In this document: piece after piece, positions 20,856 to 30,600 of the stretch
Numbering within the stretch: the stretch's first letter is position 1
Layout: every line of letters starts with the position of its first letter
DNA from: an uncultured Clostridia bacterium
Lineage (GTDB): Bacteria > Bacillota > Clostridia > TANB77 > CAG-508
DNA length: 64,000 bases
Assembly (NCBI GenBank): GCA_944387545.1
Contig: CALXFE010000007.1
Span: 2,357-66,356 of the forward strand
Direction of reading: 5' to 3'
Program-made: the position numbers and the translations under genes
The notes under the pieces: generated by a model
What the model saw: the letters and a program-made list of their open reading frames with translations, nothing else
What the model was told of the DNA's origin: nothing
The model's database searches: none

Positions 20856-20864
20856 TGGTAAAAT
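20856..20864 (+). promoter_or_regulatory. Possible extended -10 promoter (TGGTAAAAT) for the CBASS-like operon
   Basis: TGnTAAAAT lies about 25 nt upstream of the effector RBS; the -35 is weak. Confidence 0.35.
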
Positions 20865-20890
20865 ATGGAATTACAAAGGAGATGTCTAAC

Positions 20891-22012
20891 ATGATAACAC
20901 AAATCTTTTCAATAATTATAATTATTATAGGTAGTGTAGCTACATATATAAGTACAAAAAAGAAAGAAAAAGAAGATAGTTTATTTTATATATTATTTAC
21001 TGCAGGAATAGAATTGATTAACAATGCTTCAGGTGATTTTTTAGATAAAATAATAACAGAAACAGCAATAATCATGGGAAATAATAATTTATCAAGCGTA
21101 ACTGGTGAATTTAATATATGGAATTTTGCATTTGGAATATTTTTAGTAATTGTGGCAATAACTATAAAAATTTCTAAAAAAAATAAGTTATGTGTCTTAA
21201 ATATTAATGGATATTATAAAAGAAATGTTGAACCATATTTAAAAAGTAAAAAGACAATATTATATGATTATAGAGAAAGAGAAATAAATTTTGTCCATAT
21301 TTATAAAAGAATGTTTTCTATAAAGAAAGATGAGGATAGTTTTAAATGCATATTAGAGCAAATAAAAGAAGAAACAGAAGCATTTAAAAACGAAACTATT
21401 GAACTTAAAAGAGGATATACTGGAATTGCACCAATTCCATTTATAATGTATGCAGGAACATATCTAAATAGAGTTGAGATTAATAAATATTATGAATTTG
21501 ATAAAATAGATACAAATCAATATTATGAATTGACTAATAAGAATAACTATATGTATCCAGAATTAAAATTAAAAACTGAATTAGATAAGTTAGATACTGG
21601 AAAGAAAGAGGTTGTTGTGGAAATTTCTATAACTCAAAAGATAACAGATCAAGCATTAAAACAGTTTAAGGCTAATTCTGACATATGTAGATTGGAGATT
21701 GACAACCCTAAAGATAATGCTATAAGAAGTGTAAAACAATTAAATAACTACACAAACATTATATTTACAACTATTGAAAAAATTACCCATATAATTCCAG
21801 ATATAAGAAGAATTAATATTGTATGCTCAAGTCAGAGTTGTCTTGCTCTAGAAATAGGAAAAAGGAGTGTAGATAGTACAAGAATACCAGAAATAGTGGC
21901 TTATCAATTTGAAAGTCAAAGTAATATTAAGTATCCATGGGGTATTGTAATTAATGGAACAGATAAAGGAAAACTAATAAAAGTGGAGGAAGTGGAAGAA
22001 AGCAATGTATAA
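20891..22012 (+). CDS. CBASS-type effector candidate: N-terminal 2-3 TM segments plus ~270-aa soluble (SAVED-like?) domain
   Basis: Hydrophobic segments IFSIIIIIIGSVATYI and NFAFGIFLVIVAITI. Its stop overlaps the start of the nucleotidyltransferase gene by 8 nt (ATGTATAA). ORF opens at 20843; ATG 20891 is best placed after AAGGAG. The SAVED assignment rests on gene context, not on recognised motifs. Confidence 0.6.
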   Translation: MITQIFSIIIIIIGSVATYISTKKKEKEDSLFYILFTAGIELINNASGDFLDKIITETAIIMGNNNLSSVTGEFNIWNFAFGIFLVIVAITIKISKKNKLCVLNINGYYKRNVEPYLKSKKTILYDYREREINFVHIYKRMFSIKKDEDSFKCILEQIKEETEAFKNETIELKRGYTGIAPIPFIMYAGTYLNRVEINKYYEFDKIDTNQYYELTNKNNYMYPELKLKTELDKLDTGKKEVVVEISITQKITDQALKQFKANSDICRLEIDNPKDNAIRSVKQLNNYTNIIFTTIEKITHIIPDIRRINIVCSSQSCLALEIGKRSVDSTRIPEIVAYQFESQSNIKYPWGIVINGTDKGKLIKVEEVEESNV

Positions 22013-23369
22013 TTTAGAAAAAGACATGAAAAAGTTTTACTATAATGAAGTTGTATTGCCAAAAAGTGAAATTAATAATTTAAGGGAAAAGAAAAAAATA
22101 AATATAGATAGATTAAAAGATGGGTTAAAAGAATACAATGAAGAAAATGGAACTGATTATAAGATAGCAGAGACTATTGAGCAAGGTAGTGTAGCAATGT
22201 CTACGGTTATCCAAAACGATAAAAATGATTATGATATAGATATAGCAATTGTATTTGACAGTAGTAATATCGGAGATATGGGTTCTATTGCTATAAAAAA
22301 TATAATAGTAAATGCTTTGAAAAGAAAATGCACTAATTTTAAAAGTGAACCAGAAGCTAAGACTAATTGTGTAAGAATAGAATATGTTGATAATTATCAT
22401 ATAGATTTTGCTATTTATAGAAGAACTAAAAATGTTTATGATAATAGTTATACATATGAACATGCGGGAAGTGAGTGGAGAGCAAGAGACCCAAGAGCAA
22501 TAAATAATTGGTTCAAAGAAGAAATATCAACAAATGATGAAAAGTTAAGGCAAGCAATAAGATTATGTAAGACATTTTGTAAATCTCGTCACACATGGAA
22601 AATGCCAGGAGGATTAATACAAACAGTATTATGTGATGAAAAAATACAAAATTATTCTAGGATTGATGAAATGTTTTATTATACGATTTGTGCAATAAGG
22701 GATAGATTAAGATACAATAAAGAAGTATATAATCCTACAGATAGCTCACAAAGTTTATTACTAGTACAAGAAGATGTGGATAAGTTAAATAATCTTTATA
22801 ATAGATTAAATTCATACATATCTCAATTAGATATATTATTTAGTAGTGGCTGTACAGAAAAACAAGCGAAAGAGGCGTGGTGTAATTTCTTTAATCATGA
22901 TTTTTGGAACACAAATATAAATGAATCTATGAGAAGTATAAGTGAATATAGCTATGGTAAAGATTTAAATGAATATGATGATACTGAAGAATATATTGGT
23001 AATATATATCCAGTACAACCAACTACTTGCATTGTAAAAATAGATTGTAAAGTCGTAGATAAAGATGAAAAAAGTATGTATTTATCAGAAATGAATAAAA
23101 ACAGACAAAAGGTTTCAATAGGATGTACACTAGATTTTTTTATAAAAAATACTAATATACAAAAACCTTATAAAATTCTATGGAAAGTAAAAAATAATGG
23201 AATTTTAGCAAAAAAAAATAATTGCATAAGGGGACAAATATTTAAAGCAAAAGATGAAAATATAAATCATGAAACATCTAACTTTGCTGGAGATCATTAT
23301 GTCGAATGCTATGTAATAAAAAATGAAATATGTATTGCAAAAGATCATATAGATGTTCCAATAATTTGA
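22005..23369 (+). CDS. SMODS/CD-NTase-like nucleotidyltransferase with C-terminal extension (AGS-C-like?)
   Basis: Pol-beta NTase signature QGS-VAMSTVIQNDKN-DYDIDIAIVF (GS...DxD). Third acidic site is VDNYHIDFAIY. GSEWRARDPRAINNWF follows. An extra ~130 aa Cys-containing beta-rich C-terminus is present. Confidence 0.7.
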   Translation: MYNLEKDMKKFYYNEVVLPKSEINNLREKKKINIDRLKDGLKEYNEENGTDYKIAETIEQGSVAMSTVIQNDKNDYDIDIAIVFDSSNIGDMGSIAIKNIIVNALKRKCTNFKSEPEAKTNCVRIEYVDNYHIDFAIYRRTKNVYDNSYTYEHAGSEWRARDPRAINNWFKEEISTNDEKLRQAIRLCKTFCKSRHTWKMPGGLIQTVLCDEKIQNYSRIDEMFYYTICAIRDRLRYNKEVYNPTDSSQSLLLVQEDVDKLNNLYNRLNSYISQLDILFSSGCTEKQAKEAWCNFFNHDFWNTNINESMRSISEYSYGKDLNEYDDTEEYIGNIYPVQPTTCIVKIDCKVVDKDEKSMYLSEMNKNRQKVSIGCTLDFFIKNTNIQKPYKILWKVKNNGILAKKNNCIRGQIFKAKDENINHETSNFAGDHYVECYVIKNEICIAKDHIDVPII

Positions 23370-23470
23370 GAATATAAATTTATTTGAAACTATTTTATGA
23401 AGGCTACAAATAATTGTGCCTTCTATTTTTATACCTAAAAATTAAATTAAAGAAAGTGAGAGTGATATTT

Positions 23471-24064
23471 ATGGAAAAAGAAAAAATTATTAAAGAAATA
23501 GAAAAAATTAAAGATATAAGTGAAAACTTATTAAGAACAAAAGAAGAAATAAAAGATGAAGAATTAGAAATGTATTTTTATAAATTTGAGAGAGTAAGAA
23601 TGGATATGTATGATGAAGTAAGGCAAAGAAATATGTGGCTAGAATTTATGAATGATAAAGGGACAGAGTTTATAGATTATGCGTATAGGGCAAAAGTAGA
23701 AGATGATATATTAAAAATATATATCCCAGAAAAAATCCCATCTATAAAAAAGGGAGTTAATTATATTCAAAAACAAATTACATATAATGTTTCAAAAGTT
23801 ACAAATAAATTTGCAGGACTATTTTATGATAAATTTGTAATGGTAATTATAAAAATATTTGATGATACAAAAATATGGGATGCAGATAATAGAAATGTGA
23901 AACCAATTCATGATGGATTGATAAATGGAAAAGTAATAAAAGATGATAATATCTATTGTACTTGTTATATGGTACAAGGATACCATTCTGATAGACCACA
24001 TGCAGAGGTATATGTATTATCAGCAGAGGATATAACTAGGATAATTAACAAAAAAATAAGATAA
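23471..24064 (+). CDS. RusA-like Holliday junction resolvase with N-terminal coiled-coil extension
   Basis: WDADNRNVKPIHDGLINGKVIKDDNIY matches the RusA D-x-DN-x2-K-x3-D-x-L...DD signature. Confidence 0.5.
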   Translation: MEKEKIIKEIEKIKDISENLLRTKEEIKDEELEMYFYKFERVRMDMYDEVRQRNMWLEFMNDKGTEFIDYAYRAKVEDDILKIYIPEKIPSIKKGVNYIQKQITYNVSKVTNKFAGLFYDKFVMVIIKIFDDTKIWDADNRNVKPIHDGLINGKVIKDDNIYCTCYMVQGYHSDRPHAEVYVLSAEDITRIINKKIR

Positions 24065-24282
24065 ATAATATATACAAATATGGCAAGATTTTAAAGAAAA
24101 AACAAGTAGAAATTTTGCCATGTTTTTTAATATCACAAAGACACAAAAGATAAGTATTTGAAGATGTATTTTAATTTAAAAATTGTCTAGAGTAGAGGTA
24201 ACATATACAATATGTTACCTCTACAAAGGTATGCTTATGGGAAAAATTAAGAAAGAACTTTTGTAGAAAGAGGTGAGTAAAA

Positions 24283-25206
24283 ATGAAAGATAGAATTAGA
24301 TTACAAAATAGAGATATAGAATTATTAATATTTTTAGGAAAATATAAAATAATATCATTAGATAATACAAGATATATTTATGAAACAAAGACATACCAAG
24401 AAAAAAGAATAGTAAGTTTGGTAAAACACAATTATATTAGAAGGTTAAAACATAGATATATAACATTAGGAATTAAGGGAAAAGAGTATTTAATAGAAAA
24501 TGGATATGAAGTAATAAATCATTGTAGAAATGAAAACAATATGGAAAGATTAAATGTCATAAGTGATATAGCAAGTTGTTTGATACAGGATAACTTGAAT
24601 TTTATACCAAGTTGGAAAATGAAAAAGAAAGATGAACCAACTACACATTCAAGAAGATATATAGGAAAGTTAGGATATAATTTTGAAGATGAGTTTCTAG
24701 TATATGCTATTTATGAAGGAAAAAATGATAAATATATAAAATCAATTTATTATGATATTAAAAAAGAAAATGGATATAAAAATGCAATGATATTTACAAA
24801 TGATATCGAAAAAATAGTATTTAATGAAAAAGGTTTTTACTTTGGAAATAATTATACTGTTTTAATACCTTATGATGAATATGGAAAATTTTTAATAAGA
24901 AATAATTATGAAATAAGAAATAGTATATATTGTAGATTAAAAGAATTATATAATGTTGAAATAACTGACTTTAAATTTGCTGATTTGAAGTTAGATGATA
25001 ATAATTATATTGTAATAATGCCATTAATTAATATGGAAAAGCTATCAAGATTATATTACTATTTTAAAGAAAATGAGAATTATAAAAATATTTATATATT
25101 TGGATTAGAAGAATATGAAAAGGTAATCACAAAATATTTGCCAAAATGTCATTATCATGGGTTAAGTAAACAAAAAATAAAAGAATTATTAGAAAATTAT
25201 GAGTAA
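24283..25206 (+). CDS. Hypothetical; N-terminal winged-helix resembling replication-relaxation family proteins
   Basis: LQNRDIELLIFLGKYKIISLDN...KRIVSLVKHNYIRRL pattern. Weak, motif-level call. Confidence 0.3.
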   Translation: MKDRIRLQNRDIELLIFLGKYKIISLDNTRYIYETKTYQEKRIVSLVKHNYIRRLKHRYITLGIKGKEYLIENGYEVINHCRNENNMERLNVISDIASCLIQDNLNFIPSWKMKKKDEPTTHSRRYIGKLGYNFEDEFLVYAIYEGKNDKYIKSIYYDIKKENGYKNAMIFTNDIEKIVFNEKGFYFGNNYTVLIPYDEYGKFLIRNNYEIRNSIYCRLKELYNVEITDFKFADLKLDDNNYIVIMPLINMEKLSRLYYYFKENENYKNIYIFGLEEYEKVITKYLPKCHYHGLSKQKIKELLENYE

Positions 25207-25438
25207 TAATAACTTAGACAGAAGTTGAAACAAAATTACAAAAAATGTATATAAATTTAATCATATTGCAAGAAATTATTTAGAATTATGAACTGAGTAA
25301 TTGATAAAAAATATTGTTAATTTTTTATTATTATGCTAAAATCTAATTGAGTTATTAAGCAAAAATAATTTAAAATTTATAACAACAAAATTGGAGATTA
25401 AAATAGAAAGAAAATTATAAGTCATTGGAGGTATTAAA

Positions 25439-26017
25439 ATGACAATAAGTATAGAAGAGTGTGATATAAATAATGACTATTTTCATTTTACTAATAAATC
25501 TAATATTAATGGAATACTAGATAAAGGGTTGATTCCAACTATTGGAGTAGCAAGTAAATTGGTAAATGATAGAGCAAATGTTTCTGTTTCAAAAGGTGGA
25601 AAAGGAATTATGGGTATAATAAATTCCTTTATTTATAAATTCTATCAAGAAATGAAAATATCAGATATTCCAAAAGAATATAGAAAATATTTTATTGAAA
25701 TTTCATATTTTGAATCAAACGATTCTATTAGTAGAGAAATAGCATGTAAGGCAATGATTAGAAAATTGAAAGATGAAGTTTTTTTTAGGGTTAAACTTAA
25801 TAAAGAACAACTATCAAATGCTAAAATAGGTGGGTTAACAGGTTATGATGTGAATTTACCTATGGGAATAGACAAATCACAATTGGAGCTTATTACAGAT
25901 GAAAACAATAAAGTATTAAGTGCTTATGATATGGCACAATACATATATATAAAAGCTAAAGATATAGATGTGTTTAGAAAAATGCACAGCGACTTTTTCT
26001 ATATGTTTGAGATGTAA
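25439..26017 (+). CDS. Hypothetical protein (192 aa)
   Basis: Good GGAGG RBS and clean ORF. Only a short N-terminal YFHFT..SNINGIL motif is notable. Confidence 0.5.
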   Translation: MTISIEECDINNDYFHFTNKSNINGILDKGLIPTIGVASKLVNDRANVSVSKGGKGIMGIINSFIYKFYQEMKISDIPKEYRKYFIEISYFESNDSISREIACKAMIRKLKDEVFFRVKLNKEQLSNAKIGGLTGYDVNLPMGIDKSQLELITDENNKVLSAYDMAQYIYIKAKDIDVFRKMHSDFFYMFEM

Positions 26018-26096
26018 TTGATAGAAAGAGCAGTATTTAATTTACTTTATTTTATAGTTATGATAAAATGCATATAAAATAAGATATAAAGGAGAG

Positions 26097-26780
26097 ATGA
26101 AAATGGATATAACTGTAGAAGGAATTGGAAAAAAAGTTTATACCCCAGATGAAGTAGAGATTAACCTTAATTTTTATACACGAGCAGATTCTTATGAGGG
26201 TGCATTAGAAAAGGGAACAGCAAATGTTAAAATTTTTATAAATGATATATTGGAAAAAATGAATTTCAATAAAGAAATAATGAAAACAAGAAATTTCAGA
26301 GTATATGAAGAGAAAAAATATGATTATGATAAAAAAATATATATAAAACTAGGATATGCTTATACACAACAAGCAAATATAAAATTTGATTATTCAATGA
26401 ATACTATTGCAGAATTTATGGATATGGTAAGTAAATTAAAAAATCCTCCAAAATATCAATTGGCATTTAATGTAAAAGATATAAAAAGATGCAAAGATGA
26501 AGTTTTAGCAGAGGCATATAACAAAGCAAAAGATAAAGCAGAAATAATAGCTAAAGCAGCTGGAAAAGAATTAAAAGAGTGTGTAAAAACAGACTTTAGA
26601 CCATTTGAAGAAAGAGTTACTTCGAGAAGTTCATTAAATAGTCAGGATATGTATATGGGAAAAGAAAGTTCTATAGATGGTGTAAAATATGGAGGAGTAC
26701 AAGAAACAATACAAACGATATTTACACCAGAAGATGTAGAAATTACTGAAACATTATATTGCTTATGGATTACAAACTGA
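26097..26780 (+). CDS. SIMPL-domain (DUF541) protein
   Basis: ITVEGIGKKVYTPDEVEINLNF start and AEAYNKAKDKAEIIAKAAGKEL core are typical of SIMPL/26-kDa periplasmic antigen family proteins. No signal peptide is evident. Confidence 0.6.
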   Translation: MKMDITVEGIGKKVYTPDEVEINLNFYTRADSYEGALEKGTANVKIFINDILEKMNFNKEIMKTRNFRVYEEKKYDYDKKIYIKLGYAYTQQANIKFDYSMNTIAEFMDMVSKLKNPPKYQLAFNVKDIKRCKDEVLAEAYNKAKDKAEIIAKAAGKELKECVKTDFRPFEERVTSRSSLNSQDMYMGKESSIDGVKYGGVQETIQTIFTPEDVEITETLYCLWITN

Positions 26781-26907
26781 AAGTTAGAGAAAAGTAAAGA
26801 AATTAAAGCAATTGGTAATTTGACATCATAAAACATAAATAGTATAATATAAGTAGGGGTTATGAGAAATTTACATTATAAAATTTTATTTTGTAAGGAG
26901 GAAATTT

Positions 26908-27324
26908 ATGAAAATTAATGGAAAAATGATTGAATCTCAATCAGAAATCTTACAATTAATTAGAGAAGGTGTAAATCCTTTAGAATACATGGAAGGAGAT
27001 TACGATATTGATTTAGTAACAAAAGCTATTACACATGCTGAAAGCTCAGAAGACCCTTATTTTGATGATATGGCTGAAACATTGTTAAAATCAATTGTTT
27101 ATTATTTATATGAAAAGGATGGTGAAACAAAATCATTAAGAAGATGTAAAGAAATTCTTGATGAGGTTATGAATAGTTCAGACAGAAGAACTGAAATGGC
27201 CAAAATACTTGGAGATAATGAAAGTGCTAAAATTTTATATAAAGCCATTGAAATTGCACCAGATAGGACTTATAATTCTATATTTGACACATTAAATGAA
27301 AAATTAGAAAAGATAATAAAATAA
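26908..27324 (+). CDS. Hypothetical; possible remnant of a TraG/VirD4-type coupling protein helical domain
   Basis: AETLLKSIVYYLYEKDGETKSLRRCKEIL...AKILYKAIEIAPDRTYNSI resembles the all-alpha insert of Firmicute T4CPs. Only 138 aa. Confidence 0.3.
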   Translation: MKINGKMIESQSEILQLIREGVNPLEYMEGDYDIDLVTKAITHAESSEDPYFDDMAETLLKSIVYYLYEKDGETKSLRRCKEILDEVMNSSDRRTEMAKILGDNESAKILYKAIEIAPDRTYNSIFDTLNEKLEKIIK

Positions 27325-27431
27325 TAAATAAAAATAAAATTGCAAGAATTGTCAAATTTCTTGTGATTTTTTTTATTTTATGATATAAAGTATATTGAGA
27401 TAATAAAAACAAAAGCAAAGGAAGATGTTGA

Positions 27432-28379
27432 ATGGAAAATAAAGTTGTAAATAAACAAATACCAATAAAATCAATAATTGATATTGCAAATTATTTTGAT
27501 GATTATAAAAATAGATATGACAATATATTTGAACAAGAGAGAGAAAAAAATAAGAATTTACCATATTCAGAAAAGCATTTTGAATATGAAAATGGTAATG
27601 CGACTGTTAGATATTCAGTCAAATTTCACAATGGAAAAGATATGACAGAATCAGATTATAACTGGTTTATAGGAATGTTAAATGATGCAAGAGCTATTGA
27701 GGAGGTAAGAATAGAATTAAGAGTTTCATACTCTACAAGGCAAGGAAAAGATGACTTTAATAGTCAATATAATAACATTAATGCTGAAGTAGTTTTTAGA
27801 GATTCTAGAATGGATTTTAAGTATTCAGATGTCTATGTAAATGTTCAAACAACTAATCAAGAGAGGGAAGCTAACAATATTTATTCAACAATAATGAATA
27901 CTCTTGAAGATAACGAAGATAGATATAATAATACTATTAAACACAGAAAGATAAGAATACAAAGTTTTTGTATTTCTGTAGGAATTATATTATCTTATAT
28001 TCTATATTTTATATTAAAAATTAATGCTGAAAATATACCAACAGTAATTGCTCAATATTTAAACAATAAATATGTTATTGTATTTAGTCAATGGTTCGTT
28101 GCAATATTATTAGGAAATGTATTTTCATATTGGTATATATTATCAATATATAAACCTTTATTACCATCAACTAAATATGCTGGATATAACAAATCAACAT
28201 ATAAATCACAATATACAGATGATATTGATGATTATTTAGAACATTCAGAAGTTCACTTTGGAAAGTATTGGGATGCAGAGAACAGACGAAATAAGATAGA
28301 AAAATTATATAAAATAACAAGTAAAATAGTATTAGTGCAATTATTAATAAGTGTAATTTTGTATTTTGTAATAAAATAA
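27432..28379 (+). CDS. Hypothetical membrane protein (soluble N-domain plus 3 C-terminal TM segments)
   Basis: Hydrophobic segments at about residues 178-200, 215-240 and 295-315. No recognisable motif. Confidence 0.5.
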   Translation: MENKVVNKQIPIKSIIDIANYFDDYKNRYDNIFEQEREKNKNLPYSEKHFEYENGNATVRYSVKFHNGKDMTESDYNWFIGMLNDARAIEEVRIELRVSYSTRQGKDDFNSQYNNINAEVVFRDSRMDFKYSDVYVNVQTTNQEREANNIYSTIMNTLEDNEDRYNNTIKHRKIRIQSFCISVGIILSYILYFILKINAENIPTVIAQYLNNKYVIVFSQWFVAILLGNVFSYWYILSIYKPLLPSTKYAGYNKSTYKSQYTDDIDDYLEHSEVHFGKYWDAENRRNKIEKLYKITSKIVLVQLLISVILYFVIK

Positions 28380-28400
28380 TTTTTTATAGAAGGGGCAAAT

Positions 28401-29996
28401 ATGAAAACTAAAGAACAAAGATATAATGAATTATATAGTAGTGGTTTAGTGGATTCAGTTAAAAAGCTATTTGATAATAGAAATGATATTAGTGAAGATT
28501 ACTATGTCTTGATGGCAGATTATATAGATTCTATGGATGAGATTAAAGATGAAATGTTAATAAATCCAACAGAAATAGCAAGAAGAATGCCAGAACTTGT
28601 AAAAAGTATTCAAGAGACAAATTTGGGAGGGATTTATGGAAGAACTGATGATAACAGAATTCAAATAAATCAATCCCTTAATTATGAAGATAAAAAATTA
28701 TATTTTTTCCATGAATTAACTCATGCGTTACAAACATCACATGAAAATGGTAAAGAACAATGTGGCTTTTATGATGGACATGATGGAATGTTTCTAACAG
28801 AGGGAGCTACACAATATACTGCCGAAATGTTATATAATGTTTCCAATGGTACAGATATGCAACATAGACAACAACCAAAGACAGTAAGAGGGGCAAGTGA
28901 TAGAACTCCTTATAGCCCATTAAGTGAATATCAGTATAATGGAGATATATTAGAATTACTTGCTAAAAGTATGGATTTACCATTGCCACAAGTATTAGCT
29001 CTAGCATATAAAAAAGATGGAAGAGAAACATTAAAAGAGATATATGAAAGCATGGATGGAAATCAAGGAAAATTTGATGAACTAATGAACAATTTAGAAC
29101 AAATATATTCAATCGACAATTTATTGATACATGGTTATGGAAAACAATTACAAAGTCAAACACCACTGAACATAACAATGCAAGATGGAACAACAACATT
29201 TCAAGGAAATTTAAATACATACAGAGAACTTATGAATAAAACAGAAAGAGAATTAGCAGCAACATATATAGAAAATCATGATACACAATACATATTACAA
29301 AGCTATGATGAAATTGCACCCCTTTTAACTACGCCAGAATTGAAAAACAATTTTTTAGCAGTAGTTCATCAATTAAGTCAAGAAGTTTCACAAGATAGTA
29401 GAGGGAATATCATTAATTTTGATGAATATAGAAGAAATATAGAACAACCTCAAGCAACAACTCAAGTAGAATTGCCAGAAGGATATTCTATTAATGAATT
29501 TGGAGAAATCATAAGGCCGTCAAGAGATGAACAACAACCACAGATGCAATCACAACCACAAGTTCAAAGACAGCAACAAGAATCTAGAATATCAGGATTT
29601 GATGCTACTATAAACCCTAGTGGTTATGCAGAACAATTGCAACATAATTCACAGCAAAATGAAAAGAAATTATCATTAAAACAAAGAATTGCACAATTTT
29701 TACAAAAAAATAATTTATTTATGAATATGTCTTTTGTAGAAAAATTTGTACATCAACAACTAGATGTATTATCAGAACCAACACAAGATATTAGAGAATC
29801 TGGAACAAATAATAATACAACTAGAGAAACAAGTACACCAAATAAAACAAGAGAAGATTTTATCAATAAACTTACAAATTTTGGAGAGTATAAAAATCTT
29901 CCACCAATTCAAAGAATGTCAGATCCTCAAAAACTAGAAGAAATGAAAAGAAAAATGGAACAACATACTCAAGAAAATGATAATCAGGAAAGATAA
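28401..29996 (+). CDS. Putative zincin-like metallopeptidase-domain protein with Gln-rich C-terminal half
   Basis: HExxH in LYFFHELTHALQ, followed by TEGATQYTAE. Q-rich low-complexity region (QQPQMQSQPQVQRQQQE). Confidence 0.5.
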   Translation: MKTKEQRYNELYSSGLVDSVKKLFDNRNDISEDYYVLMADYIDSMDEIKDEMLINPTEIARRMPELVKSIQETNLGGIYGRTDDNRIQINQSLNYEDKKLYFFHELTHALQTSHENGKEQCGFYDGHDGMFLTEGATQYTAEMLYNVSNGTDMQHRQQPKTVRGASDRTPYSPLSEYQYNGDILELLAKSMDLPLPQVLALAYKKDGRETLKEIYESMDGNQGKFDELMNNLEQIYSIDNLLIHGYGKQLQSQTPLNITMQDGTTTFQGNLNTYRELMNKTERELAATYIENHDTQYILQSYDEIAPLLTTPELKNNFLAVVHQLSQEVSQDSRGNIINFDEYRRNIEQPQATTQVELPEGYSINEFGEIIRPSRDEQQPQMQSQPQVQRQQQESRISGFDATINPSGYAEQLQHNSQQNEKKLSLKQRIAQFLQKNNLFMNMSFVEKFVHQQLDVLSEPTQDIRESGTNNNTTRETSTPNKTREDFINKLTNFGEYKNLPPIQRMSDPQKLEEMKRKMEQHTQENDNQER

Positions 29997-30600
29997 AAGG
30001 TTAAAGAAAAGATTGTCAAAAATATAAATTAAAAGAAGATACTACTATAAGGTTTAAAAATAGTAGTATTTTCTTTTGCTTGTTACAGGTTAGAGATGTT
30101 AAAATATAAAAAACAGTTATAATTTTAACAAAAGAAGTTATTACAAATAAAAAGAATGTAAATACTGATATAGTCAAGAAATAGAAAGAAAATTTTGATA
30201 ACTATTTACAATTTGGAGAAGAAGGATATATAAACAAGATGCTAATGCTTTTACTGTCTATATGGTTGAATGTCTATTAAATGCACTTTGCTATATAAAC
30301 TCAAAGTTTGATGAAAAAAAGTAGATAATTATTTAGACTTATATTTTAAAGAATATAGTATAAATAAAATAAGAGAAATTTTAAATAAAATAAACTTTTG
30401 TAAATGTTAAAATTAGAACACAAAAATTATTTTCAAAGCCTTGAAAAATAAACGTTTCTAAAAATTTTAATGTATATATTGTTTTTATTAAAAAAATGTA
30501 GTAAAATATACTTGTCAACAAAAGAGTATACAAAAATGACTTAATGAGTCTAAAAAAATGAAAGGAAATACAAAAAGTCAAATTTTCAAAGGAATAAGAA

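Noticed and set aside
25439-26017. Calling the 192-aa protein a DarT-like ADP-ribosyltransferase.
   Set aside because: Only a short N-terminal motif resembles DarT. The central Y-x-P-F-Y-F-type motif and a macrodomain partner are missing. Left as hypothetical and mentioned only as a lead.
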